NCBI GenBank assembly: GCA_965237955.1
Contig: OZ250169.1
Span: forward strand, 7,936,001 to 8,000,000
DNA length: 64,000 nt
Reading direction: 5' to 3'
Source: Candidatus Marinacidobacterales bacterium
Lineage (GTDB): Bacteria > Acidobacteriota > Vicinamibacteria > Marinacidobacterales > SMYC01
Of this stretch, positions 55,085-64,000 are shown one piece after another (position 1 is the first letter of the stretch; each line of letters starts with the position of its first letter). The position numbers and the translations under genes are program-made. The notes under the pieces were generated by a model that was given only the letters and a program-made list of their open reading frames with translations, was not told where the DNA came from and made no database searches.

Positions 55085-58000
55085 TTAGAACGGGACTCCG
55101 AGGCGGACGTAGTAGCGGACTCCTTCCCCTTCGGCCAGCGGAAACGCGACCCCGATGCGCAGCCGGTGCGGGACTTGGTAGAAGGTAAGCAAGTCCGTGC
55201 TTAGCTCGAACCCCGCTGATATCAGGGGAAGGGGTCTCGGGTACTCCACATCGGAAAACGGCGTACTGGAACCCCACACGTTCCCGGCGTCGATCAAAAC
55301 GGAGCCAAACAGACGATCTATATGGAAGGGCCACGCCCCGAGCCCGCGGTTGACGAGCGCGAGCGGCGCACGGAATTCGACTGATGCTGACCAGGCATGG
55401 CGTCCCGATCGTGTGGATGTCTCGTAACCCCGAACGGGTAGAGAGCCAGAAGCACCGCCCACGTGGAAGTACCCAGTGCTTGTCCCTGGACCTCTTGCGG
55501 TGCCGATGTCGGCACGCACCGCCAGAACCGGCGCCGCGAAGCCTGGTCCGGGCAGAGGCACGTAGCCTCTAAATCGGGCAATGAGATCATCGGCAGACTG
55601 ATCCATCGCAGAGCGACCAGCGAGCGTCCCTGGAACGTTCAGGTCATTGCGCGTCCGGGCGCGCACGAACATTGACGCCCCGCGCGCTTTTCCCATCTGG
55701 AACGCGTGCGATCTAGCGGTGGAGACGCTCAGCGAGACGGTGAATTCGCTCAAGGTGCTGCTCGGACGCGTAAGCTGGTAGCGGTCGGTCGACTGCAGAA
55801 TGTCGTCCAAGAGTTCCCGGTCGCTCTGCACCAAGCCTCCGGAGACGGTGAACGCGACTGGCGTGCGCATTCTGGGACGACGCAGGCTCATCGATGCCGC
55901 CACTCGCCGTTCCCGCTCGAGAACAAAGAAGGTCTCTGGCGAGCCCTCCTCCCCCGCCGGCGGGCGCCGCACCCGAACACCATCGTGGCCCCACGTCTGG
56001 GACGCCGTCAGACCGACAGTCGGGTTTCCGAGCCCTCGATACTCGTACGACATGTCGCCCTCGCCCTTGCCGCCCGATGTGAAGATCCGCAAGCCAACCT
56101 CGTAGGCGTGCCGTCCGACGAGGTCGAACCCCGACGTTCGGCCGCCGACCGCGTAGCCGAGCAACTCGGTGCGTGGAACCTCGACATCTCCAGCAGTCGT
56201 CGGCCCGGTCGCCGTCGGCTCGCGCAGCGATGGCAACCAGTACGTCGGGCGAAGTGTCGGGAGCGGTGTGTAGCCGCGTACCGTTCCGTTCAGATCACTT
56301 GTCAGCGCCTCGGCAGCGGCGTCGGCGGTGCCAGCCGTCATATCGTCAACGGCGGGAACTGTATCGAAGCGGGCAGCCGGATCGGGAGCGAGCGGCGCGG
56401 AACCGGGCTCGAACGGGACCCGCTCCACCTTCCAACCGTCGACGTGGTATCCCGAGAAGTAGATCCAGTCGCCCGCAGGATCGACGCTCGGAAACGTGGC
56501 TCCGGTGCGCATGTTCGTCAGCATAATGGGCGGGCTTGTAGTGCCGTTCTGCTGATCGACCTCGCTGGCAAGGATGTTCAAGATCCCCGTGCGATCAGAC
56601 GACCAGACTAGATGGCGCCCGCTGTCGCTCCAAGTCGGCGCGAGGTCGAGCGCTCGGTCTTGCGTCACCTCGTGCACCAGACGGCCGTGGGCATCAAGGA
56701 TGACGACATCGTGCAGTCCTTCGGTCCACCGCGTCGCTGCTATCCAACGCCCGTCGGGCGAGACGGCCGGGTAGGCCCAGTGGGTGTCCGCTTCAGGTGG
56801 CACGAGTTCCTCAATTGAGCCACCGCGCAGGTCGACCCGAACCAGACCGTTCGTCCCGTCGCCTTCCACCACGGCGACAGCCCATGCTTCGTCGGGCCCG
56901 ACCGATGGTGCCGTCAGCCTAGTCCCCTGTATCAGAACAAACTAGATAAAGCAGAGCTTGCCGAAACCATTCTAAGTGCATGAATCTTATGAATCTTATG
57001 GGCTGGCGAAAAGCCTAACTTTGTATAGTAATCAAAGATCCAGGGGACTAGCTTCCTCCGTCACGCGCCGCACCGAACCGCCAGGCGTGACGATGTAGAG
57101 GTCACTGAAGACTCGATAGCGATCGGCGAAGTCGCGCTGGGCGAAGACAATCTGACCGGAAGGAAGGAAGTCGAACGTGGTGATATGATTCGTCCGCGTC
57201 AACGTCGAAGATGCGCTGCCGTCGGGCCGCATCGAGACGATCCTTGGATCCGACCGCCCATCTGCGCGGACGTAGACCAGAGAACGGCTGTCGGGTGACA
57301 CCTTCGGGTGGACAGCTTGGCGCGCGTCCCGTGTCAGCGTCTCGGGCTCGGTGATTGGACCGAATTCGTCCAGCTCGCTCTCAAGAGCCTCAGCCAAAGC
57401 CCGCGTCTCTTCAGTCCACGCATCCCACTCGCTCGATAGCGAGACTCCGAACGCACGCCTTCCCGCGCGGTTGAGCCGATAGGGCACCCACTGCCCGGCC
57501 AGAGCCTCGACCAGGGTGGCCATACGATCCGGACCGTACTTCTTCAACAGATGTTCGAAGAAGAGCGAGCCGTACACGTACCGGCGACCGACTCCTGGCC
57601 ACTCCGGTGAATTACCGCCCGCCTGTCCAATGGTCTCGAAGCGTCCTTCGAGCGCTGCGGTACGCAGCACCATCTCATGAAAGGTCCCGTGCACGCGGCC
57701 AGCGTCTGTCAGCGCCGACTCGTACCAGGTCGCAAGTCCCTCGATGACCCAACTGGGAACCATGGCTCCCGGAAAGCCAACCGGAAAGCCAGCCGGAAAG
57801 ACAGCCGGAAAGATAACCGCCGCCGGAGCCCGTCCAACCAGGGCACGGAAGATCTTGCCGAACGCCCCGGCGTGGTCGAGGTGAAACACGTGCGCCAGCT
57901 CGTGCGTGACCAACTGCTCCAGCCAGTCGTCGAAGTAGGCCAGCGCGAGATGGTCGACCGGAGGCCGCGCGTAGAGCGTGATCCGGTTCGAAGGCCAGTA

Positions 58001-58285
58001 CAGGGCCGAGCCATTCGACACATCAATGTGGTCGGTTAGGATGACATCGATCGGACCGTTCGGACCTTCGAGGAACTGCGCGGAGAGCTTGCGGTGCGCC
58101 CGCTCGGCCAAGTCAGCCACTCTCCTGCCCAGCGCTTCGAGATGCTCAGGGAAGGTGACGCGAAAGTGCTCCGTCTCAAGTGTCTGCCACGCTTCGTCCG
58201 GGGGGGGAACCTGAGCCGTTGCCGCCCCAGCCGCCAGCAGGCAGACTATCCCTGCCAGGAGGAGATACGACGCGGGACGCGGCAT
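55085..58285 (-). pseudogene. Exported protein with HExxH metallopeptidase, TolB/PD40 propeller and Omp85/BamA-like barrel, split by a MITE
   Basis: HELAH...EGLA, SPDG repeats, VRGY, terminal F; removing the MITE restores EEARLTAP. Confidence 0.8.
56919..57051. mobile_element. IS630-derived MITE, 133 bp, in a CTAG target
   Basis: ctagtcccctg...agtaatcaaagatccaggggactag, matching the IS630 right end. Confidence 0.92.
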
Positions 58286-58499
58286 GGGGAGTTCTCGGTC
58301 AGTGCGAAGTAGGCGAGAAGGTGCGCGTTCGAGCCGACGAAGCCGTACCAGATATCCTCAGGAGCTTTGAGCCGTCGAGACGTAAGTCTCCCACTCCTCG
58401 TAAAGCTATTCGAGCGTCGCTTTGAGAGACTCGTGGGTTCTGACGACGTCGGCGGATCTGTTGAGGTCTTCGTAGAAACCCGGCACCGCCATTCGACCC

Positions 58500-58522
58500 C
58501 GTCGTGTCCAAAAATACAAACG
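58500..58522. repeat. Shorter inverted variant of the 34-bp element
   Basis: cgtcgtgtccaaaaatacaaacg. Confidence 0.7.
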
Positions 58523-59226
58523 CGATCGACGGAATGCTCGAGAGGTCAGGCCCCTGTGCCCCATCCGTCACACCGGCGAACCAGGCAATGACCGATGAGC
58601 GGTGTCGGCACTTGCCGTTGACCAGCATCAGCGTATGGTCGTGCGAGAGATTGCGCAGACTGGCTGGTCGCACCAGCGTCGCCGCATCACTGATCGGGTG
58701 CGTGGCGACATTGAACGAAGGGACCAGGGTCCGCAGCTGGTAATCGAGCGTCGTGGAGCCCTGGCTGACGACATCTTGGAACGGGATGGCGTCAATCGGG
58801 ACCGGCGATTCCGTCACCGACCGTGGCTGAGCGCGACTCCCGACAACCACGACCTCCTCCTCGAACTCGAGCGCCATTTGGACATTGAGGATGGTCGCTG
58901 CACCAGCCCCGACCTCCACTTTAGCGTATACGACTTCCCGGAATCCGGACCGTGAGAACGTCACGTCGTAGGCACCAAGCTCGAACGCGCTCAGAGTGAA
59001 CATGCTGCCAGTGCTATCGGTCGAAGCGGTCTGGATTGGCCCCGCAACCCCCACGGGTCGCGCCTCCACAGCGACGGCGGGCAAGCCCGCGACCGGTCAC
59101 GTCGGTGACCGTGCCAGAGAGCTCCCCGGCCCGTATGCCCGCGAAGCTAGATGCCGGTGCCAGAGCGACCAGAACTACCGCCGCGGCTACAAGAACATCT
59201 GTCGAGCGCAATGCCGTGCTGTGCAT
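58523..59226 (-). pseudogene. TonB-dependent receptor N-terminus, frameshifted and truncated
   Basis: EEVVVVGSR, SPVPID, LRNLSHDHTLMLVNGK. Confidence 0.88.
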
Positions 59227-59561
59227 TTGCGAGTACCTCCTGCCTAGGCCGGTCTGACCACGCGACGGCTCGCCTTTCGAGACATCTTCTTGGCGACGAC
59301 GCTTCCTTTGTGGTTGCGGATCGAGGTTTTCCTGCTCACTGGGGCGCGCAACCCGGTCTCTTCCGCACCTGTACCACTGCCCGTAGCCGCGTAGCACTTG
59401 ATGGCGGAAGCACCTGCCCTCGTCTGTCACCGGTCGGTGACTTCCAGAGACATATCCGCTCCCAAAAACTTGATGTTCAACTTCACATCCTCCCTGAGAT
59501 AGATCGCAAAAATAAGGACCATCGCCACGATTACACAGACTGTCATTTTCTTCATGGCGGC

Positions 59562-60080
59562 CTACTTTCTGCGTGCAGGCTTGGCCAACGCCGCCATCTG
59601 ACTGATCGTCGTCGCCACCTGTTTCGTTGCGGTGATCCTGCTCTTCAGCGTCCGGGCGGTCTCGCTGCAGGTTTTCGCTAGTTCCTCAAGAAGCTCCGGT
59701 AGCTTTTCTAACGCTTCCAGGCGGTATGAACGCGGGGCGTCATTGAACCGCCAAGCTTCTTCATCGGGATCCTCAAAATGGCCTTCGAGGGTGCGGATTG
59801 CGATTCCCCACTTACCGGAGACCTTGGCGTACCCAAGTGAGCGTTCCCGGAAATATTCGTAGGCTTGGTCATATTGTCCAGTGACCTTCACCCAGGTTAA
59901 AATACCTAGATTCAACTTTTGCAAGGCCGCGTCGATTTCTGAGATCGGTTTGGCGAGCTCGTCGGAAGCGACGTTCAATTCCGTAGCGGATACGACAAGC
60001 TTCTCAAAAACCGCCGAAATACGCTCAACTAGCGGCTCGTCTTGCTGGAGAGATTTTGACGCGGAGCGGGGGATAGACAT
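59562..60080 (-). CDS. Hypothetical coiled-coil protein
   Basis: RBS aaggag; helix-beta-helix pattern with LGYAKVSGKWGIAI. Confidence 0.7.
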   Translation of the reverse strand: MSIPRSASKSLQQDEPLVERISAVFEKLVVSATELNVASDELAKPISEIDAALQKLNLGILTWVKVTGQYDQAYEYFRERSLGYAKVSGKWGIAIRTLEGHFEDPDEEAWRFNDAPRSYRLEALEKLPELLEELAKTCSETARTLKSRITATKQVATTISQMAALAKPARRK

Positions 60081-60284
60081 GTAAACTCCTTGGACCCGAC
60101 AGGCCCTGGATACACGGCACCGTACAGGTGCCATTTGTTAATCCAACCGCCAGTTAAGCGGTGGGGTTAGAAAGATCGGCTTCCACCGACGCCAGCCAAA
60201 GCAGGCATCTAACCTTGACTTGAGGTTACTACAAACGGGCTCGATCGACAAGTGATCTCCCGTGGCTCCAGCCTGTTGTGATCC

Positions 60285-60350
60285 CGTCCTGTGCCAAAAC
60301 TAGGCCCTTTTGAAATAGACCATAAATCAGCAGCTTAGTGTCTGTGTTTG
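60285..60350 (+). repeat. 66-bp rve-element left-end stub
   Basis: Matches the reverse complement of 9086-9151. Confidence 0.88.
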
Positions 60351-60468
60351 CGACCGGGCCAATAAAAGGCCCGCCGATGAAGCTCCTTCATCACCATTAT
60401 AGTCGGCACCCTGGGCATCAGCGGGGGAACTGTCCGGCCCAGCAGGCTTCTGGTCAGGCTCCATCGCG

Positions 60469-60541
60469 GTAGGGTCGAGGGCTGGCACGGTGCTCCGTAG
60501 GCGCGGCCTATCTGTTTCTCCCCGTTTCCTGTGGGAGTGCC
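60469..60541 (-). ncRNA. Group II intron 3' remnant (domain VI)
   Basis: Minus strand ggcactcccacaggaaacggggagaaacagataggcc...ccagccctcgaccctac. Confidence 0.65.
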
Positions 60542-60620
60542 CGTAAGGTCAAAATACTCATGCGGCTTCCCTATGGTAGAAACGTAGCAACCCGCCAAGC
60601 CGTTCACGGGAGCGCACCAT
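60542..60620 (-). mobile_element. rve-element right end with transposase tail
   Basis: VRSRERLGGLLRFYHREAA*, then ttttgaccttacg. Confidence 0.75.
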
Positions 60621-60632
60621 AGACACTAAGCT

Positions 60633-60744
60633 GCCTTGGTGCATAACTCCGGACAACTCTAAAGGAATCAGCAGGTTACGTTTTTGAGCCAAAAATAGCA
60701 GAGTCAATGGAATCAATGACTTACCTGTATTTATGCACCAAGGC
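60633..60744. mobile_element. 112-bp IS903-group MITE
   Basis: IRs gccttggtgcataa / ttatgcaccaaggc, matching the element end at 485-498. Confidence 0.88.
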
Positions 60745-60959
60745 ACCTTCCCGCCGGGAAAGCTTTGGACTTTCCTGCCCTTGGCAACGATGACTTTGTT
60801 GGCGCCTTTGATGAGCGCCACAGCGTCTTTGCGACCCAGCTTTTTCGAGGCAGAGACGACTTCCTTCGCTTCGATTTTCTTGGCGTCCATGAACTTGGAC
60901 GCTCGACCACAGCTTGTTCACCCGTTGCGGTGGTAGTACCAGTCGACTTTCTTCAGCAT
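60745..60959 (-). pseudogene. ArsC-like selenoprotein (UxxC), 3'-truncated by MITE
   Basis: MLKKVDWYYHRNG-TGA-TSCGRASKFMDAKK; purine-rich RBS; downstream hairpin. Confidence 0.75.
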
Positions 60960-61085
60960 CCCTCTTTGTCACCCCTTGTTGGGTCCAGGTAGGAGTCTAT
61001 TCTATCAATTAACATTGATAATGATGATGATGTTGCCGAGCTGTCGCCTTCACTCGAGCCGGAGAACACGGGGAGCATTCTAGCG

Positions 61086-61772
61086 ATGTGCGGCCGTTTC
61101 ACGCAGAAACTGACCTGGCGTCAGATTCACGACCTCTACAGCCTGACAGCATCGGTGGTCCCGCTGAATCTGCAGCCTCGCTACAATGGGGCGCCGGAGC
61201 AAGAATTTGCCGCGTGCAGGCTGGACGACGACGGCAACCGCACCGTGGTCCAGCTCCGCTGGGGATTGGTGCCGTCTTGGACACGAGACGTCAGGATAGC
61301 CACCCGCCTCATCAATGCCCGGTCGGAGACCATCCACACGAAGCCGTCATTCGGCGCCGCCTTCGGTTCGCGTCGATGCCTGGTGCCGGCCGATGGGTGG
61401 TTCGAGTGGCAACGGACCGGGTACGGCAAGCAGCCCTACTTTTTGGCGCTTGAGGACGGGTCGTCGCTTTCGTTTGCCGCTCTGTGGGAGCACTGGGGCA
61501 AGGGCAACAACTCCCTCGAATCCTTCACCATCATCACGACGACGGCCTCTCCAGAGCTTGCCGACATTCACCATCGACAGCCCGCCATCATCGGTCCCGA
61601 CCGGTTCGACGAATGGCTCGACCCAACATCGCCGGTGCCAAGGCTACTCGACTTGGTACGCGAACCTTATTGCGGCCCTTACGAGAAGCGTGCCGTTAGT
61701 ACCAGGGTGAACAGCGTTCGGAACGACGACCCGGACATTCTTACCCCCAGGTCGGGGATGGAACTCTTTTGA
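61086..61772 (+). CDS. SOS response-associated peptidase (SRAP/YedK family)
   Basis: MCGRF, INARSET, GWFEW, IHHRQP. Confidence 0.95.
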   Translation: MCGRFTQKLTWRQIHDLYSLTASVVPLNLQPRYNGAPEQEFAACRLDDDGNRTVVQLRWGLVPSWTRDVRIATRLINARSETIHTKPSFGAAFGSRRCLVPADGWFEWQRTGYGKQPYFLALEDGSSLSFAALWEHWGKGNNSLESFTIITTTASPELADIHHRQPAIIGPDRFDEWLDPTSPVPRLLDLVREPYCGPYEKRAVSTRVNSVRNDDPDILTPRSGMELF

Positions 61773-61870
61773 CCGCTGGGGGCAGAAACCATTCGTGTGG
61801 TCAAATGGAACCCCTCACTGCTTGTGACATTTGCCTGTTCTTCTCGACCATTTCTCTGTTCGCGTATTTC

Positions 61871-62160
61871 AAATTCCCTGTTCGATCATCTTAAATTCCC
61901 TGTTATTTCGGAACAGGGAATTGCCACCTAACCGTTCGAAATTCAGATGGTTACCACGTGAAAAAACGGTCCAATCAGGCTCAAAATGACCCCAATTCCC
62001 TGTTTTTCCCTGTTATTCAATAGCTGCCAGCTGAGACCGGCTAGCTCCAAACTGCACCATCCGCCACCCAGTCTGGTCAATCGTGGCACTGCAGAGACAC
62101 GTGAGATTTTCCGCGCGGTTGGGGGGGTTTTGCAGGGGTAGGTGTCACTAGAGACGCGCT
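61871..62160. repeat. ttccctgtt repeat cluster, resembling the end of a DUF2924/serine-recombinase element
   Basis: Four ttccctgtt, one inverted aacagggaa, then gagaccgg...actgcaccatccgcca. Confidence 0.5.
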
Positions 62161-62433
62161 AGAAGGGCGGAACGGGCCTCATTTTCGGTTTTCGTCTCTA
62201 ATCCCGATTTTCGAGTGCCACGTTTGCGCCAAAGGGGGGGAGCGGGTCGCCGACAGGGCCGTGCAGCGTCGGAAAAGAGGCCGCACGAGGGGTCCAGAAT
62301 CAAGGCCAGGGCAACCGCGGCGTAGCCGGCGCAGCAGCTCATCGACCTTTGGGCGGTCGAGCTCCTTCGAGCTACTCCAACCAGTTGACGCCGCAAGACA
62401 CGCGACCGATATCTTCGCGGGTTTTTGTCGGCA

Positions 62434-63705
62434 CTAAGCGACCGTCTCCAGCACCTTCAGCAGCTTCTGAATATCCGCTCGGTTGTTGAACAGCGAGACC
62501 GACACCCGAATCACCGAACTCTCCTTCTCGCGGAAGGTGACGACGATGCCCTCCTTGTCGAAGAGCTTCTGCAATGCGTCAGGATCTCGTCCGTGAGCGA
62601 AGCTGACGATTGGGGAGTTGTTGTTGGGAGGCGTCCAGACGTTGAATCCGAGACTCGCAAGCCCGTCTCTTAGCTCGTGGGCGAGCGGCAGGGTGTGCTT
62701 TTCGATGCGGTGGAGGCCGACTTCCTTCAAGTACCCGAGGCCCGCGTTCAACTGATAGATGATGTTGTAGGCGGGGGCCGCGTACTCGTACTTTCTCGCC
62801 GTCGTGTGCAGTCGGTAGTGGTAGTCGTCGAGCGTCTCGTTAGGCGCCGGGAGGTCAGCACCATGGTAGACGAACTCGGACCCCCCCCGCATGGAGACCC
62901 GAGACTGGTGGCCGTAGCGGTCCGGGCGGATCCGATCGAGGAGCTCCTCACGGACGAAGAAAGGCGCAGCGCCGTAGCTCGCGAACAGAAACTTGTACGA
63001 GTTGGTGGTGGCGAAGTCGACGCCCTCCTCGGTGAGGTTGGTGCGGAAGGCTCCGATGGCCTGGACGGCGTCGGCGTAGAGGTAAGCGCCTTTGCGGTGT
63101 GCCAAATCCGCCAGACCTCGTACGTCCTCGCGAAAGCCGTTACGATTCGAGACCCACGCCACCGACACGAGCTTCGTTTTGTCATCGATGCGGGCGTCGA
63201 AATCCTCCAGGTCCGAGCGACCGTCTCGCTGAGGCACGATACGGAGCTCGATGCCTTTCGCCTTCTCGAGTTCTCGATACAGGACGAAGGTCGTCGTGAA
63301 ATGGAGCTCGTCGATCACGACGTTGTCGCCGGGTCCGAGGTCGAGAGCGCTGGCGACGATGTTCTCACCATCGCTCGTGGAGTAGAGAATGGCGATCTCT
63401 TCGGGCTTGGCGCCGAATAACGCGCCAAACCGCTCGCGCGCCTCCTCTCGAATCTCGTCCCTGCGGGAGGCGAAACCCTTGTAGGTCTTCACATCCGCAT
63501 AAGCGAGGGTGGCCTCCCTCACCGCTATGGGAAAAGGTGCGCGGTTGGCAGTGTCGAGGTAGGTAAGCGTGTCGGTGATTGGGAAGTCGCGGCGCACCCC
63601 CAGAGGGTCTTCGTCGGAGGGCGCTGCCAGCGCCCGGCTCGCAGGCACGACTCCGAGGCTAGCTGCGGTGGTCTTCAAAAAAGTGCGGCGGTCAAGTGAG
63701 CTCAT
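62434..63705 (-). CDS. Tat-exported class V PLP aminotransferase (cysteine desulfurase-like fold)
   Basis: DRRTFLK, YLDTA, DAVQAIG, NSYKFL. Confidence 0.88.
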   Translation of the reverse strand: MSSLDRRTFLKTTAASLGVVPASRALAAPSDEDPLGVRRDFPITDTLTYLDTANRAPFPIAVREATLAYADVKTYKGFASRRDEIREEARERFGALFGAKPEEIAILYSTSDGENIVASALDLGPGDNVVIDELHFTTTFVLYRELEKAKGIELRIVPQRDGRSDLEDFDARIDDKTKLVSVAWVSNRNGFREDVRGLADLAHRKGAYLYADAVQAIGAFRTNLTEEGVDFATTNSYKFLFASYGAAPFFVREELLDRIRPDRYGHQSRVSMRGGSEFVYHGADLPAPNETLDDYHYRLHTTARKYEYAAPAYNIIYQLNAGLGYLKEVGLHRIEKHTLPLAHELRDGLASLGFNVWTPPNNNSPIVSFAHGRDPDALQKLFDKEGIVVTFREKESSVIRVSVSLFNNRADIQKLLKVLETVA

Positions 63706-63895
63706 GAGTTTTCTCCTTTTTTTTTACTATTGAATCGATTTCAGCGTCTTGTCTGTCAGCGTTTGCCCTCTTTCGCTACCCATGCAACACCCCTGGGCTA
63801 TTCGGCGATCTCCAGGCTGAATATCGTAGGGGATCGCGTCACGCCCTAATACCACATACCACGAGCATCGATCAATCGTTCGTATACCTCTGAGA

Positions 63896-64000
63896 GGTAC
63901 TGTCAAGTTGGGCCTCTAACTGACAGAATGAGCCAATGAACAGCAAGTCGCCGAGCTACCGCGGATATCGATTTCCACCGGAGATCATCAGCCACGCCGT
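63896..64000 (+). mobile_element. IS6-family element start; transposase ATG at 63936
   Basis: IR ggtactgtcaagttg; SYRGYRFPPEIISHA. Confidence 0.9.

Noticed and set aside
60167-60213. gttaga...tctaac as an attC site
   Set aside because: The boxes are in the wrong order (GTT precedes AAC on both strands)

Overview
This high-GC bacterial window is dominated by insertion sequences and gene wreckage. The ADOP-type ABC permease, S9 peptidases and PQQ beta-propellers suggest an Acidobacteriota-like host, which is an inference. One 1085-bp IS5-family (IS903-group) element occurs in 9 full-length and 5 partial copies. It is accompanied by IS6, IS110, IS3, IS630, IS256, IS1-like and rve-integrase (IS481-like) elements, at least 5 MITEs and many 20-70 bp orphan IS-end stubs. 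No IS5 copy has matching target duplications, most flanking genes are truncated, and two segments are duplicated (mutM plus a trans-sulfuration enzyme; IS256 stub to selO). Intact cargo includes two S9 peptidases, a four-gene copper-resistance operon, an APC permease, a PQQ propeller, PaaI, PCD, SRAP, a PIN-domain gene pair and a Tat-exported class V aminotransferase. The most interesting signals are: (1) an intact IS110 whose left end holds a stem-closed ~158-nt RNA with three same-strand matches to the empty target, the left end and the circle junction, a guide layout unlike the IS621 bridge RNA; (2) an exact 34-bp micro-element at unrelated rearrangement junctions; (3) two different rve-element right ends each fused to a group II intron domain VI remnant; (4) an ArsC-like UxxC selenoprotein with a SECIS-like hairpin, missed by the ORF track. 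Some local garbling points to assembly error.
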